NCBI GenBank assembly: GCA_003344405.1
Contig: NOWV01000001.1
Coordinates: forward strand, 744,001-808,000
DNA: 64,000 bases
Direction of reading: 5' to 3'
Source: Trichoplax sp. H2
Taxonomy: Eukaryota
Shown: in pieces, positions 1 to 11,515 of the stretch
How positions within the stretch are numbered: position 1 is the first letter of the stretch
Layout: each line of letters starts with the position of its first letter
The notes under the pieces: generated by a model
Told to the model about the DNA's origin: nothing
What the model saw: only the letters and a program-made list of their open reading frames with translations
Database searches by the model: none
Made by a program: the position numbers and the translations under genes

Positions 1-515
1 CTATTACATATATACTATGGTACGTTGAAGTCCAAAGTGTTAAGAGTACAACGTTCTAGTGTCTATCTTTATAGACGATCTATAGCTTGACGTCCCTCTG
101 ATTTTCCCGCAGTTGCTGACCATGGCTTCCGTTAGAAATCTCTATGATTTCCACTCTGTATCATTCCATGAATTGCTTACTTCTAAGACTACACATCATA
201 TATGGCCAAGGCTGCCTACTTTGGCCTAGTCCTATTACTCAGTATTGCAAGACTAAAATGAGTAGAGTTATCGATGCAATTCAAGAAATGGACCAGCAAA
301 ACTAGACTAGTCAGCCATTTTGGCCATTGTCAAGAGTACAATGTACGCTTGCAGACATCACGGGCAGTTCAAATGGCCAGCAAACCTAGTCTGCCTTGAC
401 ATTGGATGGCGACTTCCGAGTGCATTTTCTTGTCAGCAATAAACTCGTTAAACGCTCTCTCGCTTTTTGTATCCATTTTAGCCCAAGTCAACAGTAGCGA
501 TGCCGATTGCTTTCT

Positions 516-2863
516 GGCCAGTACACCACCAACTCGACTTGCCGATGTTCTACCGCTATACAGGATATACTCGACCAGTGCTGTGTTTAGGGACTACTAT
601 TGTACTACTGACGAGTACTGAGTACAGTATAGGAGGCGAAGGAGAAACGAGCGACGAGTTTCGAAGTACTATAGGACCGGCAGAGAGACGGACTAAATTA
701 GCCCCGGCAAAAATGGTCAAAATTGTAAGGCTGATTCGCTTTGCTGGTCATTGGGGTGATCCACCACATCTTGAGTGATACACTAGACTGCAGACTACTT
801 CCTTCCAGTGGTCCGTGACAGGCCAATATACCACCAAGTCGACTTGCCGATGTTCTAACGCTATACACGACATACTCGACCAGTGCTGTGTTTAGGGACC
901 ACTGTACTACTGACGAGTACTGACTCTAGTACTGAGTACAGTATAGGAGGCGAAGGAGAAACGAGCGACGAGTTTCGAAGTACTATAAGACAGACAGAGA
1001 GACGGACTGAATTAGCCCCGGTAAAAACAGTCATAATTGCAATGCCGATTCGCTTTGCTGGTCATTGGGGTGATCCACCGCATCTTGAGTGATACACTAG
1101 ACTACAGACTACTTCCTTCCAGTGGTCCGTGACAGGCCAATATACCACCAAGTCAACTTGCCGGTGTTCTAACGTGATACAGGATAAGTACTATAAGACA
1201 GACAGAGAGACGGACTGAATTAGCCCCGGCAAAAACAGTCATAATTGCAATGCTGATTCCCTTTACTGGTCATTGGGGTGATCCACCGCATCTTGAGTGA
1301 TACACTAGACTACAGACTACTTCCTTCCAGTGGTCCGTGACAGGCCAATATACCACCAAGACGACTTGCCGATGTTCTAACGTGATACAGGATATATTCG
1401 ATCAGTGTTGTGTTTAGGGACTACTACTATACTACTGACTAGTACTGACTAGCTGAGCATAGTAGGCGAAGGAGAAACGAGCGACGAGTTTCTGAGTACT
1501 ATAAGACAGGCAGAGAGACGGACTGAATTAGCCCCTGTAAAAACGGTCAAAATTGTAAGGCTGATTCGCTTTACTGGTCATTGGGGTGATCCACCATATC
1601 TTGAGTGATACACTAGACTGCAGACTACTTCCTTCCAGTAGTCCGTGACAGGCCAATATACCACCAAGTCGACTTGCCGATGTTCTAACGTGATACAGGA
1701 TATACTCGACCAGTGCTGTGTTTAGGGACTACTACTGTACTACTGACAAGTACTGAGTATAGTAGGCGAAGGAGAAACGAGCGACGAGTTTCTGAGTACT
1801 ATAAGACAGGCAGAGAGACGGACTGAATTAGCCCCGGCAAAAACAGTCATAATTGCAATGCCGATTCGCTTTGCTGGTCATTGGGGTGATCCACCACATC
1901 TTGAGTGATACACTAGACTACAGACTACTTCCTTCCAGTGGTCCGTGACAGGCCAACATACCACCAAGTCGACTTGCCGATGTTCTAACGTGATACAGGA
2001 TATATTCGATCAGTGTTGTGTTTAGGGACTACTACTATACTACTGACTAGTACTGACTAGTGAACTACTGAGTATAGTAGGCGAAGGAGAAACGAGCGAC
2101 GGGTTTGTCAGTAGTATAAGACAGACAGAGAGACGGATTGAATTAGCCCCTGTAAAAACGGTCAAAATTGTAAAGCTGATTCGCTTTACTGGTCATTGGG
2201 GTGATCCACCACATCTTGAGTGATACACTAGACTACAGACTACTTCCTTCCAGTAGTCCGTGACAGGCCAATATACCACTAAGTCGACTTGCCGATGTTC
2301 TACCGCTATATACGACATACTCGACCAGTGCTGTGTTTAGGGATTACTACTGTACTACTGACAAGTACTGAGTATAGTAGGCGAAGGAGAAACGAGCGAC
2401 GGGTTTGTCAGTATATAAGACAGACAGAGAGACGGATTGAATTAGCCCCGGCCAAAACGGTCAAAATTGTAAGGCTGATTCGCTTTACTGGTCATTGGGG
2501 TGATCCACCACATCTTGAGTGATATACTAGACTACAGACTACTTCCTTCCAGTAGTCCGTGACAGGCCAATATACCACTAAGTCGACTTGCCGATGTTCT
2601 ACCGCTATATACGACATACTCGACCAGTGCTGTGTTTAGGGACTACTACTGTACTACTGACAAGTGCTGAGTAGAGTAGGCGAAGGAGAAACGAACGACG
2701 GGTTTGTCAGTAGTATAGGACAGACAGAGGGACGGATTGAATTAGCCCCGGTAAAAACGGTCAAAATTGTAAAGCTGATTCGCTTTACTGGTCATTGGCG
2801 TGATCCACCACATCTTGAGTGATACACTAGACTATAGACTACTTCCTTCCAGCGGTCCGTGAC
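516..2863. repeat. Tandem array of 8 units of ~300 bp (satellite/minisatellite-like), GC-richer than flanks
   Basis: The TTGG of the anchor GTCATTGG(G/C)GTGATCCACC falls at 751, 1065, 1273, 1581, 1881, 2196, 2495, 2795 (periods 314, 208, 308, 300, 315, 299, 300). A degenerate partial copy lies at ~2911-2953. The unit at 1581-1880 has stops in all six frames. Confidence 0.97.
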
Positions 2864-4697
2864 TGTACCACTGATTCAAGAGACGGCCTCCTATGGCTTG
2901 GTTGCTTTTTTTACTGGTCATTGGCATTATCCGCCATGTCTTGAGCCGTACACAATGGTAGTGAATAGCAGCAATCGGATCGATAGTTAGCCATGATGAC
3001 TGATAGACTTTAAAGTATCGTTTGTTTGCTAGCAAAGAAGACTATGCTTCTTTATCAAACTGTGATGGCATCAAGTTATCTTGGTACAAGAGGCCAATCG
3101 ATCGAGCCATCGAAACAGTCCTTCATGTTTCCATGATGGAGAGAGAGTAAATGACGACGATAGCATTGTAGATAATCAACCGTGAACTGATTGAGTATCG
3201 TAGACAAATTCATGGCTATACAGAGCTAAGATGAAACTATTTCTCCAATATTCATTTCCAACCGACAGTCAGAATTTTGACCCCTTCAAGATGGAAGATT
3301 TTCCATTATTTCACGCTACTTTTACTTGTGATTGAAAGCTAGTCTATCGATCGGAAAGATCCATAAACTCGATATCCAGTCACCAATACCATCATAACGT
3401 GAAATTTAGACTCTCCTACAGATAAAAAGTGGTTTCCTATTTCCAATCTGTCAAACTCAGTTAATAGTATAGAGGCTAGTGATGTTGCTTTTACTTTCTA
3501 ACTTATAAACATCAGGCTGTTCTTTATAATGGTAAAATGACTGCTAACTAGGTTCATTTAATCCTCATTTTTCTATCCTATATCGCTCATCATGTCCCAC
3601 AACAAGTGATAGAAATTTTATTTCTTGAATTTAGTCAAGCGGTCAATGCTGATCAATCATGCAAAATCGTCTTTTTAAATTATTTTTTTTTCTCTCTCCA
3701 TAATTCGTATCTATGCAGTACAATGTCTGGCCATTCCACTGTTGACAAAGTATTCTCCAAGCAATTGTAGACTTTACTGCAATGGAGAAAATTTTCCATT
3801 GCTGATCCTTTCTCAACTGATTCTACATCATGTTTAGAACGTCTATAGTATTATCGATGCAAGAAGCATTGATAGAATTTACACAGTCCACTTTGTACAT
3901 TACAGTTGGCTACTTCGTCCAGAGTTTCACGGCCAATATGTCAATTTTTTTTTTTATTTCTGTACATTGCCTAACTGGAAAATGGCTCCCTGATGCGGCG
4001 ATTGTTCGTTACTCTTACCTTCATAACTATTACCGTACGCCATCAAATCATGATGGCGTATCTTAACTCTATTTTTCATTGGCAACGCCAGATTATCCGT
4101 CTATCCTTTAGGCTTGCACTTTTTTTAGATCGTCTATCATGGGCAATTTTGCTTTAATAACTTCGGAGTACAGTACATTGGATCTTTCGACTACAAATCA
4201 AACAGCAATTGTGCCGATAGCTAATCGGCAAAAAAGTATCAACATGCCGATCCAACGACAAAAACCTACTATATAGGAGAATATGTCCTAGTAAAGTATG
4301 GACTAAGTTGTGTACTTGTATTACATGATAACCAATATTTGGCAGAAGGAATTAGAGGGGAGAGGTGGTTACTTGCAATACTACTGTTTATGTTGCATCG
4401 CCACAGGAAAAGATTGCTTACAGTATTTTAGCATCCAAATATTCATGATTTCTTATTTTTATTATTGTTGTTTGCAGTGTTAGACTCAGTATTGCATTGC
4501 TCTGACGATCTCATCTACCAATGATTTGATGGAGTTTAATTTCTGCTCTTTCTACATCGACGTAGCCTTCGTTAGAGGAAAAAGTGATACATTGCATGAT
4601 ATCATCCATGCTCTACTTCGTCACATCGTGATAGGTTATTTTATTTTTCATGATGTAATCCTAATCTCTATCGCATAAGAGTAAAACATCACTCAGT

Positions 4698-4856
4698 AGC
4701 GAATATTGCTAATTTTATCGTCCAATTCTACCTGAATCCTGTTAACACCACTCAATCATGGACAATCCTCGTAGATAGCTATATCTGTTTTAGTCAGGCG
4801 ATAGTTGCTAATTTTATTATCGAATTGTAACTATATTCTGTTAACATGACTCAATG
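4698..4856. repeat. Diverged direct duplication, period ~99 bp
   Basis: TTGCTAATTTTAT...CTGTTAACA..ACTCAAT occurs from 4706 and again from 4805. Confidence 0.55.
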
Positions 4857-5963
4857 GTGTTTAGTATATTGCCTATTTGCAAGCATACGCGTACCTCGAA
4901 GACCATTTGAATCCAGAAAAAGTCGCTGATTTATACCCATTGGATAGTATCGATTGCTGATATCTGTTCTACTCAAAATGACTAGAGGGTGAGGAATGAG
5001 CTGCTTGTATTTAAATCTAGTCCTCAACGTCCTAAACCTATCCTTTCCATATTGCTCAATAAATTTATACTACCCAATGCATCTTGTTGACGTTATTTGA
5101 CCAGAGTACGCTAGGATTGTTCTAGTCGTCCTTGCAAGTTATATTCCCAAGCTCATAACCCAGAGGTAATGTTTACTCAGTATGCCCCGTGGTCAAAGGT
5201 GTGAAGAGACTTTGTGGCAAGTGTTAACTTTAGAATAGCATCTTAATGAGCTATCCTATATCCTTAAATGTAACTTGAACGGGCCGCTTTTATACTTTCT
5301 ACAGTAGTATTCAAATCGAAATTTATCCATCATTAAAGTCCATTGAAATTGAACCAACGTCTGTCGGCAATTTGCATTCATTTCCACCGATAGACATTTC
5401 GATTTTTCTCTTTTGATTTTTTATACCTATCAAAATTTACTGTCCTATACTTTGAAAACATTTCCATCCTTGATCATCTTTTAGTTTATATAGCACTGTC
5501 ACTGTCATTTTTAAAAGCCAATCTTGGATTTTCCTTTCCAATTTTATGATCGCCTATCTAAAAATGATAGATAAACGCTTTCTATTTGAAAATTGCGAAC
5601 TATTTTAAAGTGATAGTGGTGTCGCTATTTTTTATTTTTTAATTTCCCCCTTATAAATTGTGTAGGCAATCCACTTGATAGAAGCATAGCTTGACTATTG
5701 ACGAACAAGTTCTACTATATACACTTACCTACAGTATGCCAATTTTAAATCTGCCCTGGAAATTGCTATAAAAAAGAAATACTTCTTGGATGAGCTTCTA
5801 CCGTACTTGATAAAATGGAAGTAGAATACCCGATAAGAATCGATGATCAAGGGATTTGCAATCCTTCAAAGTACCCTCGTAGCAATGCCATTTTTTTTCT
5901 CCTTACTAGCGATCCCTGTCCTGTTTTATGAATTATTTTAATATCCTAAAGAAAGACAAACCT

Positions 5964-6167
5964 TTCAACAGTAAATTGTAGTTTCTCATCATCCATTTCT
6001 ATAATTTGATAGAGCAATCGATAGATCAAATGCTCATTCAAGCGCCTATTGCAAGCCGCCATAATGTTCAACAGTAAATTATAGTTTCTCATCATCCATT
6101 TCTATAATTTGATAGAGCAATCGATAGATCAAATACTCATTCAAACGCCTATTGCAAGCCGCCATAA
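5964..6167. repeat. Near-identical tandem duplication of ~101 bp (period 103)
   Basis: TTCAACAGTAAATT...GCAAGCCGCCATAA at 5964-6064 and 6067-6167, with only a few substitutions. Confidence 0.93.
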
Positions 6168-6596
6168 CCTATAGGTTATGTATTGTGATGGCAATCCATA
6201 GAATACCGCATTAACGACAGATATGCTCAACGCTGTGAATTTGTAGTAATTTAATTGGAATGGGTTAGTTTATTCACTACACATAGGCGTAGGATATGGA
6301 ATAAACTTATTTATCGCAGTCCCTTGGACATTCCTTTCATACGTTATTATAAAAACTGTCTATAAGCGACTTTATTTCCGCTCACTAGTTTTTAATTATT
6401 CTAATTTATTAGCATACGGAGTAAACGCAAATATAGATAGCAAATGATTGCAATAACGATAAATAGAAAACGCTACGATCAATTTCAATTGTACTCCATT
6501 TCAGTTATAAAAATTAATTAGAGTAGGATATCGATTTTAAAGAAGCTTTAGGTGAAACCAAGTGATCTTAATATTGTTGTGTATATATATACAAAG

Positions 6597-9551
6597 ATGA
6601 TGCTCGTAAACTATTACAATCATGAAGAGGTGTAAACTATACCGTTTCACAAGCTTCTTCAGCGGCTTACCAAAAATAGTGTTATTTTCCTTAATGTATC
6701 ACTACTTGACAATAAGGAAAAAATACATTTTACTTTTTGTCTAAATTATTTTTCAATTAAATCACTTAGGATAAGGGACTTAAAAGAAGAAATGACAATG
6801 ATAGGTAATATATTGATGATATAATCATGGCTGTTATTCAGTTTCTGAGTAGAATGCTTTTCTTGCGTATGATAGCCTATCGATTTGTAGTAGAAACCAG
6901 TTGTGATGTCAATTGGAACTGTTTACAGTACAGTATACAAGCAAAAGTTTATAGATAATCTACCATGTATACGACTGTCGTAAGTGTTTTAAACAATAAT
7001 AATTAAATTAAGTACATTGCAAGAATTTATTGTCAAGAATAAAATTCTTAGATACCGTAGTCAAGATAAGAGTAATAATAATAATATTATTCTTATTTTA
7101 TTATTATTTTCTCTAGTGTATCATCTACTGCTAGTGGCAATCAAAATAATAGATCTGATGGGATAAAAAAGTCTAGACATGACGCACGTAAAAATCATGC
7201 AGAAAAAGCAGTTGATTATAAAAGTCGCGAATATGATTGGTTGAATATTAAAAATGATGATTGGGCGATCAAGAAATGCTATCAAAATATTACACCAATT
7301 CAGTGGAATAGTATGACGACTTTGCCATCAACTAATAATCATGATAACGATACATATACTTCCTCTATTGCTGCTAACAGTATGTTTTCAGCAAGCAGCA
7401 ATTGCAGCTGGGGTAAATTTTCTTGGAAAAAGACTGATCAAAGTAAAGCAACTTCACAATATAACGTGGATTCTAAAGGTATACAATTTTTACACATCGT
7501 CAAATAAATTATTATTATATTGGCTATAATATCTACGCATGCACTATATTTATTTATTGACACTGTATATATCAATGTTGCAAAGGAATAAAGTTTTTTT
7601 TCTCGCATGGACTAGCACGTTCCATACAGGCTTATGATCGGTTGCCCACGAATTTAAATTGTGTGGACATGCAACACTGGTAGATACAGTAGTTAGCACT
7701 TTTGTACAACCCTCTAATAGAACTTTTTAGTCATGCCCTGTCGTTAGCAAATCTGAGCAACTTTTAGAGCAATTATGCTATAGAATTTTTCGATCTCGGC
7801 ATAGAATAATTTAATGCCGCTATATTTTTATACTGACCATGACGTACTTATGGCGAAAACTTAAACTAGTCCACAATTTTATTATGACAGAACCGAATGA
7901 AAAGCAAAAGTATTCCCCTACTCAACCAACTTCTTCTACACCACCCTCATCGCCAGAAGCAGATAGCAAAAATACAAGTATTAATGGAACAATTGTAAAT
8001 GATGCAAAGTGTCAGATTGGCAATACGACAAATCGCATACTACACTCACCTACTGTTACTAATAAAAAAGTGATTGAAGTAAGTTAGCTATACGATTTAC
8101 TATCATTTCATTCACAGTAGGATTAGTAGTCTTAGGGTTAATTTTAATTAAATATAAACCCTATGACAAATAGGTTTGATAAAATGTTGAAAACAAGTTC
8201 ACTTCTTAAATACTTAGAAAGTTTATATATGGGATTTGGATGAAACTATTATCGTGTTTCAATCTTTGTTGAATGGCGATTATGCCAGAAAATTTAGCAA
8301 AGTAAGTCATCTATTACTTATAGTGAATCAAGTTCATGTTCTGTCACTTTGTACAATCTTAAATATCATCAGTTTAACATACGATCTTAATTCTGTATCT
8401 TCGCGCTAGGACTATAATCAGGCAATATGCTTGGGATATAAAATAGAAACTTTAATATTTGATTTGGCTGATTCAAAATTTCATTTTCGTGAACTTGCGG
8501 TAAGATTTCCTACTCGTAATTATTATTAATAAAGTAGGAGTATTTAACCTTTTACAAGCGAGAAAAAAAATCTTTTCAAATTGGTAGAACGATTTTTATC
8601 CTATCATTTTCAGAAAAGTAACAAAACTCACATTGATGACATTGATTACGGAAAGAAACCAGATAGTGACCAAAAATCTAAGTAAGAAATTATTATGTAC
8701 CATCATTTCTTACCTTTTTTTATCATTACGGTTCATACTGCACCTTATAATTTTACGCAATACAGAGTCGATCATTGGGACAAGTTCTGCTCGTCATTAC
8801 AACAAGATAAAGTTGCTACCTACTTTAAAGATATAAAGGAAATATATGAAAAATATCGCGATAATGTGAAAGGTTGGTGCAGTATTATCGATAGTTTACA
8901 GCCTATATAACTAGTTACCTTTCTTACGTATATCTTCATAGCTCTTATTTTGTTCATACACAGAATTGGTATCTGTGAACTACCATAGTAATTGGGAGTT
9001 AGCTCTCAATGAATTACAATCTTTTACGGACAAATGGATACATTTAGCAAGGAATTGTATTGATTCTATCAACTCGAGGTAAAATGGCAAAGAAATGAGA
9101 TGAAGGTAGAAATAAGATAAATATTTCTATTACCAATTTACAATTTTTGAACTTGATTCCAGATTTAATAGCGTTAACGTTATTGTAACCACAACACAAC
9201 TGGTACCTGCAGCTGTAAAGTGTTTATTATATTCCATTGCTGATCTCTTTCCATTAGAGAATATCTATAGTGCAACAGATATTGGTTAGTGCTATGTAAC
9301 TATAATAACAGTTGATTCTTGCATAATTCATCTTAGAAAGTATTATATTAACGTTATCTTTATATCACTTAGGCAAAGAACAATGCTTTCGTCGGATCAT
9401 GGAGCGCTATCGTAATTGTCAATATTTTGTTATTGGAGATGGTAAAGCTGAAGAATCTGCTAGTCGAACTCTTAATCTACCGTTTTGGAATATTTCTTCT
9501 CATGACGACTTATTCAAATTAAATGTTGCTTTAAATAAAAACACCTTTTAA
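6597..9551 (+). CDS. EYA: Eyes absent homolog (HAD-family tyrosine phosphatase / SIX cofactor), ~460 aa, 11 coding exons
   Basis: Phase-consistent exons: 6597-6629, 6770-6804 (first two tentative), 7117-7478, 7891-8078, 8218-8301, 8410-8499, 8614-8681, 8766-8872, 8964-9078, 9163-9284, 9373-9551. Translation contains EYA-domain motifs [62 protein letters not shown] and [11 protein letters not shown]. Confidence 0.93.
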
Positions 9552-11515
9552 TTTGCAGCTCATTTTATTAATCATTCCGTTGAACTATATTGTACAATTT
9601 TCGCTACATACCCGAATTTTATATATCAAATGTACCACGCTATGAAAATTGCAGTTGCTGCGAATTAGGTGCTTGGTTCTGTTGATTTACGATGTAATAT
9701 ATAATACATATATTTATATATTTCGTATCGCTATACCATGTTATGACATATCTACACTAATCTACGCAATTCCATGATGAAGAATTTTCTGTTATGTAAA
9801 TTTTCGTTGTTCAGGCAATTAGTTCCATACTTACTTTAAGTGAGACCTGGAATTACGTAGTCTGTACAATATTAACAGTTACATTTATACAGTATTAGCT
9901 TACTCCTACGGGATTAATAGCTGTTTAAAATATATATTTTAACTTGATGCAGCACTCATTGGTGTACTGCAATGAGAGTCCACGTGACTTGATTAAATGT
10001 AGCTAGATTAAATTTGAATGACGAATTCTTATATGAATTATTCAGACCCTTATTTATTTTACACATGTCAATACGTTAGATAACATATATCTACACCTAC
10101 CCCTTATTTTCTTCATGAGATATAAACACCGTAAATTGACTACGTTCTAAATTGCAACGGAATTTTAGATTCATTCTTCATAATCTCTAATAATTACTTC
10201 CACCCAAAAGAATAGGAAAAAGACTCCTTCTCTGTAGTAGATAGGAATGCAACCAGTATTAGTCAGGCATCCTTCGTCATAATCTAAGTTTAGTAAAGTA
10301 ATTACAGCTTACCAAATCGCAAAATACTCGTATTACTTCCTATTCCAAAGTAAAATTATTTTTAGGGTTATACTTAATGTTTAATTGGCAATCTACTCGA
10401 TTGATAAAGTTATATTCACTCATTATGTTACTTTTGATCTTTTACAAGTTCTAGAATAGTCTGTGCCGTATAAATAACCTACCTACTGTAGTACTAGTAA
10501 AGGTGTAACTTTTTCAAATTACTAGCATTACAAGAAATACCATAGAATAATATCAGATTTCCGCATCATTATTTTGAGTAAAGGAAATTTCTTACGGGAA
10601 TAGCTAATAAAGGATAGATTTTATTTATTTTTTGGGTACGTTAACACTCAGTCCGTCGAGGATTGCTTATGAAAAATCTTATTTTTGCTATTATTACAAC
10701 TGAACTCGTATCCGTATATCTAAAAACACTATACTCTGCAATTTGCGTAGATTGGTACTGTTCCATGAAAATTATGATATCATGATATCATTGCTTAGCA
10801 GATAGAGATATGAAAAGTTGGAGAAGTTATGATCCGTAATATAGCTAACTATTCTAATTAAAAGTGACTTAGCTTGGTGTAGAATTTAATGGAGAATTCT
10901 AATACGGTGTAATGCTGTAGTAAATTAACTTAAAATAAGATATAATTCCAGATAAGAAACCAAACACATAGTAGAAACATAACAATATAAAGTATAATAA
11001 TACTAGTTAATAATATTGTTAACAAGCTAAAACTATCAACTTGAAATAAAACAAATCAATCTTACTTTCTATAGCTCTTCAGCTAGTGCTATGATACCAG
11101 CCCAGAAAATGACAAACTATTTTTGATTCTTTTAAATTAACTTAATTCATTTATAATAGAATTACTTGCATGCTAAAATCATTTTTGTTCGTACATTAAC
11201 TAATATTTCTTTCAGCTACCATACAGTTGAATTATACAGATATCATAAAGCAGAACAGATACATTAGATTATAACCACAACATTTAAACCTACATACAAT
11301 TTAACGTAAATATTATAATTCAATTTTGGTAACGATAAAGAGATTGAAATCATGCTTGCATGATTGATATCAGATTATTTCACTTGTGCACTTATAAAAT
11401 ATCTTTTATAAATTGGCTATAGGTTAATACACATAGGCAATATTATTGATTTGAAAAAAATTCTCAGATGGCCATTATGAGAGTAGGTTATAAAAGTATA
11501 TATATCGAGATTGCT

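Noticed and set aside
600..1000. Hammerhead ribozyme in the array (CTGACGAG...GAAAC on plus; CGAAACTCGTC on minus)
   Set aside because: CTGANGA is present only in units 1-2 (others have CTGACTA or CTGACAA). No stem II closes directly onto GAAA, and the minus strand lacks an upstream CTGANGA.
500..2522. Repeated ORFs ending in GHWGDPPHLE
   Set aside because: By-products of the DNA repeat: several unit lengths are not multiples of 3, frames shift between units, and stops occur in all six frames of the unit checked.
516..2863. CRISPR array or tandem 5S/tRNA/snRNA genes
   Set aside because: No unique spacers, no cas genes, eukaryotic context, and no recognisable 5S, tRNA or snRNA sequence in the unit.
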